From TPA_inf: Saccharomyces (taxonomy: Eukaryota): a stretch of 64,000 nt of DNA. This document shows positions 56,301 through 64,000 of this stretch, in pieces; the stretch's first letter is position 1; every line of letters begins with the position of its first letter. The notes beneath the pieces were generated by a model, which was not told where the DNA came from, made no database searches, and saw nothing but the letters and a program-made list of their open reading frames with translations. Where the stretch lies: assembly GCA_000146045.2 (NCBI GenBank), contig BK006949.2, forward strand, positions 672,001 to 736,000. The letters run 5' to 3'. The position numbers and the translations under genes were made by a program.

Positions 56301-56615
56301 AAGGTTAAACAAGGTACTAAACAAAATAACAAACACGCTGCTGGCATACTTCAAAAGAATTGGAGTGACATAAACTCCTTGGTTATGCCATCCAGCTCTG
56401 GATCTTTTGGACTTGGAGATGGTGATTTGGTGGATTTGGATCTCGATACAGGTGATTACGATTTTTTACATAAAGAGAATGAAGTTGAATTAGAAAAGCA
56501 ATACAAAGATTTATTGAATCTTGTTGTTGATGAAAGTGAAATTGATAAATTGAGATCTCAAGTTTTCGCACAGGAATTAAAAAATTATTTAGAAGCTCAA
56601 ATTGCTAAAAAGTAG
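53394..56615 (+). CDS. YPR097W, PX-domain-containing protein of unknown function (about 1073 aa from ATG 53394; the track ORF extends 37 codons upstream)
   Basis: Large ORF with a PX-like region (YFYVTRTYSDFKKLSHDLKSEFPGKKCPRLPHRNK). The choice of start is from memory of the annotated length and is uncertain. Confidence 0.75.
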   Translation: MITQDTPALNPTEEHYLKRELLRCQLDYEIGKLNDQFALRKFGYPFSPNDPTAPQPISNNDSSPVLGGKGHFSVNYPMLSYVLQEFISTFPLLSTNLLVDEKFWQSKVQVFFEHFMSLGFSESYDREEASKRKKVSKKLSKVILLLFNSGVGSFQEQAYYNEDKFVLQSGQARKRSNIEKFAMPTRENLENLLTNESVFINGWDVNIISVFNKNSRKCTESVDNDKSSKSTPTSSPKSHAIKSFASTSKWMKNAFNNTINSTINSMPESSASLFSKLSLGVPSTKSKQSRKHHYFLIKIKKQDDDDQDNSNEENSNLDHHAGYFYVTRTYSDFKKLSHDLKSEFPGKKCPRLPHRNKKVTSMITKTEVLHNGQTKSAAREKIVNTFDTDLQSASESDNSSFLQTTNELSATETVLTEKETETLRKNILNEIKEEDNIDEDEYEEEGEGEESDFDEYKDASDSKINTLVGEKMRTSLRQYLRTLCKDAEVSQSSSIRRFFLSGPNLDIKDINPKIADDIRNRALIDVSNLENQIRFQQMALEKSLKLQDSMKDFKTSLLKDEKYLMSLLVEIKDNTKVEDLSPLLQDFVEWCKIYISSMIYQMFLGNDNSYELYTQIRRLHKLMPYTVMGQIMKFTNPIAIMRGMIELFMAQPFGGHSLLQTMFSTILTDDLKTQKVAIKELERKIAEMDPGASVVTKCLKDFVFNNDTKDEHDTKLFTMDAVNAESESMNMPVPLIVLMKSAAANLIPDEVVAGLIESYSSWKLQKEDTDALNVTSEDQSGIYFTHVKDLWQLYIKEHDKQLMRQLWQDPELTQMLKAIVTMIYEPMVKIFKVARMDVALKNFEKFMSDLIRLVDDVINGQLGVSTQFDVVEEIHNLVTKHQDAFFEFIHDVYLNDSEGIFEGFITWITTIVKFLQKSKFGGPSERIDFNKLICRDDIDIDVKLLKVQVNNVLNKKIGARKIYKKLLDLKVKQGTKQNNKHAAGILQKNWSDINSLVMPSSSGSFGLGDGDLVDLDLDTGDYDFLHKENEVELEKQYKDLLNLVVDESEIDKLRSQVFAQELKNYLEAQIAKK

Positions 56616-56946
56616 GCCCTTTCTAGTATCTCCTTTATTCGTTTTTATTCGTTACGATTTTCCGGCTTAATAATATAGGATTGCTAGGTCTATATATAAG
56701 AAAAGCTTGTAGAAATAAAAAAATAGAAAAAACTTCAAGATAAATATTGTTCTCTTTTATTTTAAGATCCTACAAACAGCACAATTCCCCTTTTAGTTAT
56801 TTTTAGCCAAGATCAGGATAGCAGAGAACTGAGTCCCTTATTCTTTAATTGAGGGTCAAAAAATTCCGATTGCGAACTTCATCTCCACCTTGGCAAAGGA
56901 ATGACGAAAAAATGATCTTGCATATATATATTTACTTGTAAAATAA

Positions 56947-57528
56947 TTATTTTGGAATTTTTCTTAACAAACCACCTGACAAACAAACACCGTACGCAAG
57001 CATCCCGCAAACATTAGAAAGATTGAACAAAAGACTCAATCCGTGCGACTTGCCAAATTCTTTACGTAATATAGCATCCTTTGCTTCCAATTCACTACCC
57101 GTGTATTTCTTCGCAATATTCTTTCTTTGTTCTTTAACTTTATGGGTCCAGGGCAACAACCAAAACAAATTGGTTAGCCCACTGACAGATGCAACCACCA
57201 AAGAAGATAATGGTCCTGTTGTCAAGGCAATTGGAGCGGTAAGGGCCAGGATGACAGGTGATGCCGCTTGCATTTGGAAAAAATACGGGAAGATCTTATT
57301 TTGCAAAGCAGAAAATTGGTCTTTTTCAAGAACTTTGAATGCGATTGGAGAAGCTACATAGGAATAAAACGTCGTTCCTCCAAATCTGAAAGATTAAGTT
57401 GGTACATAAAAGTTGTTAGTCAGTTATTCTCAATTAATCATAATTGTTCAAATTTTTTCTTGTGTCTTAATCTGTACATACACAAAGGAATAAAAAAGCA
57501 AATGAGCCGTAGTTTTGACTAAACACAT
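56947..57528 (-). CDS. YPR098C, small mitochondrial outer-membrane protein; spliced CDS join(57528..57482,57385..56947) on the minus strand, 161 aa
   Basis: Exon 1 is ATGTGTTTAGTCAAAACTACGGCTCATTTGCTTTTTTATTCCTTTGT (47 nt). It is followed by GTATGT (minus strand, 57481-57476), a GACTAAC branch-like motif at about 57414-57408 and a TTTCAG acceptor at 57391-57386. Exon 2 joins in frame into the 119-aa track ORF. 486 nt gives 161 aa, matching YPR098C. Confidence 0.82.
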
Positions 57529-57760
57529 TTTTCGTTGTTAAGTTTACTGGACTGTAAAGCGTAGTTTGATCTGCCTATATCATCAAACAACTCCATTTAA
57601 CTCCCTTAAATAATACTATTCTTTTCTGTAAGTTTATCGCACTATACGTTACGGTGCTTTCCGTCTTTTTCGGATGAGGGATGCTCATAAGAATTACAAC
57701 AAATCATAAGCCCTGAGATAAAAAAGATCAATCAATACGATTATCATAAACCATGACTAA

Positions 57761-58213
<453 letters not shown>

Positions 58214-58491
58214 CTTTAGTATATAAGAAAATTCTAGAAATAGAGAGAGATAATTATACTTGTATATATAATTTGGGGCAGATAAGACTCCTGATATTTA
58301 AGATTTAAAGTCAATTTTGCCATTGTTATATGATCATGTCCTGAAATATGACCTCTTGTATTTGGTTACCCGCTTTACACCCTGCAAATCACACTAGTCT
58401 AATAAATATGGAATAAGACTGAAACATATAAAAGATGTAACTTCTAGGATATCTGAAAGAGCAACCGTACGGTATTCAACGTTTAGATTTG

Positions 58492-59019
58492 ATGGACGGC
58501 CTTAGCTTTGTTGATAAAGGGAAAATACCAGATGGTTACAAAAATGAAATAGATCAATTAGTAAAGAAGGAATTTGCGAATATAAAAAGAGAGCCTGTTC
58601 ATCCCGAAATACGAGGTATACTTGCGAAGAGAAAGGGGGCCGATAATAGTGTTTCTACGCTTACAAATGCATTGTACACCGAATACTTGAAACAACGTAA
58701 TAACAAAAAAAGGCGAACACCGGATTTTAATGACGACGATGATACTTTATTTTTGGAAGAGTATAGAAGGAAATACCCGAGGATTGATACTTCCAGATAC
58801 ATACCGAACGAGTCTTCCGAAGTTAGCTTGTTAGGAATTGTAGATTCTTATTTAAAACATCAGGAAATAGTTTTGGATACACTTCTACCGCAAACGGTAT
58901 CGAATCAATGGAGAATTAATAATGATTATATTCGTCAAACGTGTACTATAGTGGAAGAAATGAACATCCAGCAGAGGAAACAAATTAACGATTTGGAAAT
59001 ATACAGAAAGAGGTTATAA
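58492..59019 (+). CDS. SNT309: NineTeen complex splicing factor Snt309 (175 aa)
   Basis: 175 aa from MDGLSFVDKG. YPR101W. Confidence 0.85.
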   Translation: MDGLSFVDKGKIPDGYKNEIDQLVKKEFANIKREPVHPEIRGILAKRKGADNSVSTLTNALYTEYLKQRNNKKRRTPDFNDDDDTLFLEEYRRKYPRIDTSRYIPNESSEVSLLGIVDSYLKHQEIVLDTLLPQTVSNQWRINNDYIRQTCTIVEEMNIQQRKQINDLEIYRKRL

Positions 59020-59223
59020 TGTCGCAATGGACCTTTATTATTATAAATGTGGCGGCAAATCGTGGAAGGATATTGGATCGCTCGCCATAGAAGTCCTTAG
59101 CGCGCATGTACAATAACATAGAGTTTCATCTTGGTTTAAAATTCATAATTTTATTAATTGGTTACAAAAAAAACATAGATATGAGTATATAAATGTATTA
59201 TATTTCTTCACAAACTAATTAAA

Positions 59224-59748
59224 TTATTTGTCCAAAACATCAGCATCGTACTTTTGCTTGAACCAAGAGACGGTGTCTTCCTTAGTTGTCTTGTGGGAGT
59301 TACCAACGGTACCCTTACATCTCTTTCTTCTAGTGACTCTAGCACCTGGTCTGTTCATGACGACATAGAAATCCATACCGAAAATACCGATGGATGGGTC
59401 ATACTTGATACCCAAGTCAATGTGTTCGTCAATACCGAAACCGAAGTTACCGGTAGCAGAGAAGTTTCTGTCTCTCAATTGGTATTCCTTGACCTTCAAA
59501 CCTCTTTCCAAAATTTCTTCAGCCTTTGGACCTCTGACGGTAACGTGAACAGCAATTTTTTCGTTTCTTCTGATACCGAAAGTTCTGACAGTGTATCTGG
59601 CCTTGGATTGAACTGGAGTTTGACCAGATAATTGCTCTAAAACCTTGGAGGCTCTGGTCAATCTGTCACCAGATTCACCAACAGAAATGTTTAAGACCAA
59701 CTTTTCGATCTTCAAATCACGCATAGGGTTTTGAGCTTTGGCAGACAT
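59224..59748 (-). CDS. RPL11A: ribosomal protein L11 (uL5), 174 aa
   Basis: Exact uL5 sequence [43 protein letters not shown]... The neighbours identify the A copy, YPR102C. Confidence 0.92.
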
Positions 59749-60102
59749 CTTTGGCTATGTTTGTATGTTCTTGGTTCACCTTCCCTTCCACTGAAAAAAA
59801 AATAATATTAGTTGAAATACAATAAAATATGAACTAAGAAAGAAGCCTGCGGTTACTATCAAGATGTATCAAACAATGAAACTTTCGCATAGCTGAGTGG
59901 TAAGTGGGCTACCTTTGCTAGTGAAACAATAATTCCCTGCAAAGTGAAAAAGTTCGATTGGAAACTGGTCACGTGGATGTGAGTCTATTACCCGTAGAGT
60001 CTGCGCGCTGTTTGCGTCGCTCTCTGTATTTCTATGGATTTCACCGTTCTTTTTTCATTTATACAAAAAAGACAGAACTTAATGAAATAATCGCATCGTC
60101 AG

Positions 60103-60116
60103 TACACCCATACCTT
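60103..60116 (+). promoter_or_regulatory. Rap1-binding-site-like motif (RPG box) in the RPL11A-PRE2 intergenic region
   Basis: ACACCCATACCTTT closely matches the Rap1 consensus ACACCCATACATTT. It lies about 355 bp upstream of the RPL11A start codon on the opposite strand. Confidence 0.45.
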
Positions 60117-60348
60117 TAGGATGGTTGGATGTTGCGCTGTCGCAGGAAAGAGCCTCTCCGGGTATTATGTGATATGAGGGAAAACAGCAAAAGGGTGGCA
60201 AAACGAAGAATAGCACTCCTTCAATAATGCAAGGTGAATTGTAAAGAAAGGCTTCAATATATCAATTTTCAAAAGAGAATAACAAATTTACTATTAAATT
60301 GAATAGATAGAAAGAAACCAGAAAGAAAAGAAGGAAAAAAAAACAAAC

Positions 60349-61212
60349 ATGCAAGCTATTGCCGATAGTTTCAGTGTACCAAACAGATTGGTTAAGGAAC
60401 TTCAATATGACAACGAACAAAACTTAGAGAGCGATTTCGTAACGGGCGCCTCCCAGTTTCAACGTTTGGCACCATCGCTTACGGTTCCACCAATTGCGTC
60501 TCCACAGCAGTTTTTAAGAGCACACACAGATGATTCACGAAACCCAGACTGTAAAATCAAGATCGCACATGGTACTACAACCTTAGCATTTAGATTTCAA
60601 GGCGGTATTATTGTGGCAGTAGATTCTCGTGCCACTGCCGGCAATTGGGTTGCTTCTCAAACTGTGAAGAAAGTTATTGAGATCAACCCATTTTTATTGG
60701 GTACAATGGCTGGTGGTGCGGCAGATTGTCAATTTTGGGAAACTTGGCTAGGTTCTCAGTGTAGGCTGCACGAGCTGAGGGAAAAGGAACGTATATCTGT
60801 CGCAGCCGCATCCAAGATTTTAAGCAATTTAGTATACCAATATAAAGGGGCCGGTTTATCAATGGGTACTATGATCTGTGGTTACACTAGGAAGGAGGGC
60901 CCAACCATTTATTACGTCGACTCAGACGGTACAAGATTAAAAGGTGACATATTCTGCGTTGGTTCAGGTCAAACATTTGCATATGGTGTTCTAGACTCTA
61001 ACTATAAATGGGATTTATCCGTTGAAGATGCTTTATATCTAGGTAAGAGATCTATTTTAGCTGCTGCCCATAGAGATGCTTACTCTGGTGGTTCTGTAAA
61101 TTTATATCATGTTACCGAGGATGGTTGGATATATCACGGTAATCATGACGTAGGTGAACTATTTTGGAAGGTCAAGGAAGAGGAAGGATCTTTCAACAAC
61201 GTTATTGGCTAA
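60349..61212 (+). CDS. PRE2: 20S proteasome beta5 subunit (287 aa)
   Basis: The N-terminal propeptide ends ...KIAHG|TTTLAFRF, with a catalytic Thr. 287 aa. YPR103W. Confidence 0.93.
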
Positions 61213-61622
61213 ATAGAAGCATCAAACATATGTATATGCACATCTATATTAATGATACATTATTCTCTTCAAGGATCCAATATGGCTTCCCATAGAATTA
61301 TGAAGGAAGTCCAGTTCTCATGTTTCCAATCATCACATCTATATATTTTTATATAATTATATCTTTAAGTATTGTTCGGTAATATGAGGACAGACGCCAT
61401 CAATGCAAACAAAAAGTGAAACCCGAAATCAAACGAAGTGAATAAGTAGTTGTAGAGGCGACCCGATGGAAAATTTTGTAAAAATCGAAGACTGAATCTC
61501 AACAACGCAAAACAGAATAGGACGCATAGATTCATACCTATTACTATGGCTTGATCCGATCTATCTTTATGAAAAGATTTATGCTTCTACTTCGAATATG
61601 CTAATACTATTATCGAAATTTT

Positions 61623-64000
61623 TTAAAGTTTTTCCTCAAGGGATACATTTACTTCAGTGATACCCTCGTTGATATCCTCGCTGACCTTCCGCCTTTTAGA
61701 ATCATGACCTTCTTCGTCGGTTTTTGAAATCTCGCGATTATCATTGCTACTATTCTCGTCTTTAGATGGAATATCATCTTTAGATTCGTTGTTTTTAATA
61801 CTTTCACTATCGATCTTTTCGTTTTTGTTGTTCTTTTCATCTACTTCGCTTCCACTATCACTTTCGCTTTCGCTTTCACTACTAGTGCTGCTATTATCGC
61901 CGCTTCCACTAGCACTACCGTCATCGCTACCACTATCGCTCTCGCTTCCGCTCTCACTACTGGAACTGCTACTACTACTAGTGCCGCTTTCACTTTCTAA
62001 GTCGTTGTCCTGTGCAGGCTTAGGTTTGGGTTGTGCATCAACATTTTGAGAAGCAGCCGCCGGAACTGACGTAGCTGCCACAGAGGATGTAGCCCTAGCA
62101 TTTTGTCTCGGTTGAAAAAATCGAGACAAGGACGAAGGATCAAACGATCCCGGTTGTTTATCATGCAAGTAATTATTGGGATGGGATGATGCCGACGCAG
62201 ATAACTGAGATGGAGGCCTATCTGGTACATGCGGCGTCTGGACTATTGGTTGGCGTATCGGTTTGGAATGCTGTGCCTTAGCTGCTAAAGCCGCCGCCGC
62301 TGTAGTTTCAGGGTTCACTAATTGCTTTACCTCACCTTTTGTGACTTTTGCAGTTGCCGCGTTTACAGCAGCTGCTAAAATTAGATTCAAATGCTGAGGA
62401 TTCTTGTCCATCAAGGCTGTAAGTGGATTACCAGTAATCCCCTTGTTTTTTGCCGCTTGTGTAACCTGATTTATTGTCATAGCTAGAGCCTGCGTCAAAA
62501 TTGCAGCGATGACCTGCTTCGATAAACCCTTTCTATCTCGTGTTAAAATGACAAGCTGTTCCTGCAGATATTTCATTGTCCTTTGATTATCACTTGCTGT
62601 ATTTTTCCTGTTCGAGGCGGCTCTGTTTGCTGCAAGAGTTTGTGAGATGTTTTGTTTTCTCGCATTAACGTTAGATCTCTGCGAAACAATATCTTTTTTG
62701 CCCCTCTGCGGCACTTGCTGAAGTTTGTGCTGTTGCTGTTCAAGTTTTAATTGTGCAGCTTGTGCCTTTGCCACAGCTATCTCACTTTGTTTCTTTTTCT
62801 GTCGTTCCCTCTCTGCAATATATTCTTCATCAAGACCCCATAACCATCCTTTGCCTTCTTTAGAAACCTTCCTGAAAGATTTATTTAGCGATAAGTTGTG
62901 TCTTACCGAGCTTTGCCACCCATCAGGACAGTATTTATAATAGGGGAAGAGTTCTCTTATTCCTGCATAAATTTCAGATAAAGACATTCCCTTGGCAGTC
63001 GAGTACTTTCGTATGCAAGTAGTTAGCATAGCAGAGTAAGATACAGTAGGTTTCGTTCTATATTCTACTGGAATCTCCTCCAAAGTATATACTTTCTTTG
63101 GTATTTTCGGTGGCTTCTTTTCTTTCTTAACAGCTGGTTTGGTCTGCGCTTTCTTGGGCTTTGCTCCAGTTGTAATCTTTTTCTTAGATTTGGGCTCGTT
63201 TTTTTTGAGATTTCTTGTATTTATTTCAGATTCTGCTATGTCAGCGTTTTCTGGGCTTTTGCTATCGTCGTTACGTTCTTGTTCTGGTAAAATAAATTGA
63301 AATGGAATTTGTCCAATTTGAATTTTTGTCTTATTACGAAGTGGCACAGTATTTCCTTTTTCAACGAAAATGTCATCCACAAAAGCACCATTCTTCCCTA
63401 TTATGGACAATTCGAACCTTCCTGTCCCAAAATTGTAAAAAATCTGGGCGTGTCTCCTCGATATTGATTTTGAAGGACCAAGATTAACGTCAACTTTGTG
63501 GGAGAAGTCATTCTCAGACCTCCTTCCGATTATTGCATGTAATGTTTGTACATAAAATGTGAAACTTTGAAAGTCCAGCCTTGCATAGGCGAAGATAGTC
63601 GGTTGTTCATTCGGTAGCGGTAAACTTGCATCGATTGGCTCAGATAGTTTTCGTTGGGTAGTTTCAGCATCTGTACTATTATTTTCCGTTACAGTGTTTT
63701 GTGGCGGTTGTCCCACTAATTCATGCTGCTGAAACATTATTGGCGTTATTGAATTGTTTCTCATATGCAGCATGTTGTTTTTTTCATCTACTAATGTTGG
63801 TAGGGTCTCGGTATCTTTGTTTACTGATAATTTATGCACATCTGTGTATATAGCATCAGCAGTGGGTTCATCCTTTTGTATACTTGTATCTTCTGAGTTC
63901 CTTATGCCTTCAGTTTTCACTGCTGCTGTGTTATCTTGAGTTTTCTCCCTTTCGTCCTCATCAGGGTTTACTGGCTCTATATTGATATCTTCTTTTGATG
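61623..64000 (-). CDS. FHL1: forkhead/FHA transcription factor Fhl1; the C-terminal roughly 790 codons are in the window and the N-terminus lies beyond the window edge
   Basis: FHA domain (...IIGRRSENDFSHKVDVNLGPSKSISRRHAQIFYNF...) and forkhead domain (KPTVSYSAMLTTCIRKYSTAKGMSLSEIYAGIRELFPYYKYCPDGWQSSVRHNLSLNKSFRKV). The frame stays open to position 64000 (...EPVNPDEDEREKTQDNTAAVKTEG...). The 'M' at 63920 in the track is a GTG. Confidence 0.9.
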   Translation of the reverse strand, partial: SKEDINIEPVNPDEDEREKTQDNTAAVKTEGIRNSEDTSIQKDEPTADAIYTDVHKLSVNKDTETLPTLVDEKNNMLHMRNNSITPIMFQQHELVGQPPQNTVTENNSTDAETTQRKLSEPIDASLPLPNEQPTIFAYARLDFQSFTFYVQTLHAIIGRRSENDFSHKVDVNLGPSKSISRRHAQIFYNFGTGRFELSIIGKNGAFVDDIFVEKGNTVPLRNKTKIQIGQIPFQFILPEQERNDDSKSPENADIAESEINTRNLKKNEPKSKKKITTGAKPKKAQTKPAVKKEKKPPKIPKKVYTLEEIPVEYRTKPTVSYSAMLTTCIRKYSTAKGMSLSEIYAGIRELFPYYKYCPDGWQSSVRHNLSLNKSFRKVSKEGKGWLWGLDEEYIAERERQKKKQSEIAVAKAQAAQLKLEQQQHKLQQVPQRGKKDIVSQRSNVNARKQNISQTLAANRAASNRKNTASDNQRTMKYLQEQLVILTRDRKGLSKQVIAAILTQALAMTINQVTQAAKNKGITGNPLTALMDKNPQHLNLILAAAVNAATAKVTKGEVKQLVNPETTAAAALAAKAQHSKPIRQPIVQTPHVPDRPPSQLSASASSHPNNYLHDKQPGSFDPSSLSRFFQPRQNARATSSVAATSVPAAASQNVDAQPKPKPAQDNDLESESGTSSSSSSSSESGSESDSGSDDGSASGSGDNSSTSSESESESDSGSEVDEKNNKNEKIDSESIKNNESKDDIPSKDENSSNDNREISKTDEEGHDSKRRKVSEDINEGITEVNVSLEEKL

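Overview
This window is not prokaryotic or accessory sequence. It is a gene-dense stretch of the Saccharomyces cerevisiae chromosome XVI right arm, from the 3' end of TFB4/YPR056W to the 5'-truncated FHL1/YPR104C. Almost every long ORF translates to a protein I recognise, and the order and orientation match the annotated YPR057W..YPR104C gene order. Recognised genes are BRR1, YMC1, ARO7, JID1, FCY1, intron-containing YPR063C, ROX1, UBA3, ISA2, HOS1, SPE3, MED1, YPR071W, a tRNA-Ser(UGA) with two degenerate Ty1/Ty2 delta LTR fragments upstream, NOT5, LTP1, TKL1, OPY2, YPR078C, MRL1, TEF1 with its promoter, GRS2, DIB1, MDM36, YPR084W, ASA1, SUA7, SRP54, YPR089W, NVJ2, ASR1, RDS3, SYT1, YPR096C, YPR097W, intron-containing YPR098C, MRPL51, SNT309, RPL11A, PRE2 and FHL1. 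I found no CRISPR array, no operons, no defence-system-like cassette and no unexplained large ORF, so I do not think a novel system is present here. The features worth a second look are small: LTR relics at a Pol III insertion hotspot, two short spliceosomal introns (one with a GACUAAC branch point), and coding tandem repeats. The supplied ORF track shows several N-terminal extensions because it starts ORFs at GTG/TTG codons and at upstream in-frame ATGs. All gene names rest on my recollection of protein sequences and gene order and should be confirmed by BLAST against SGD.
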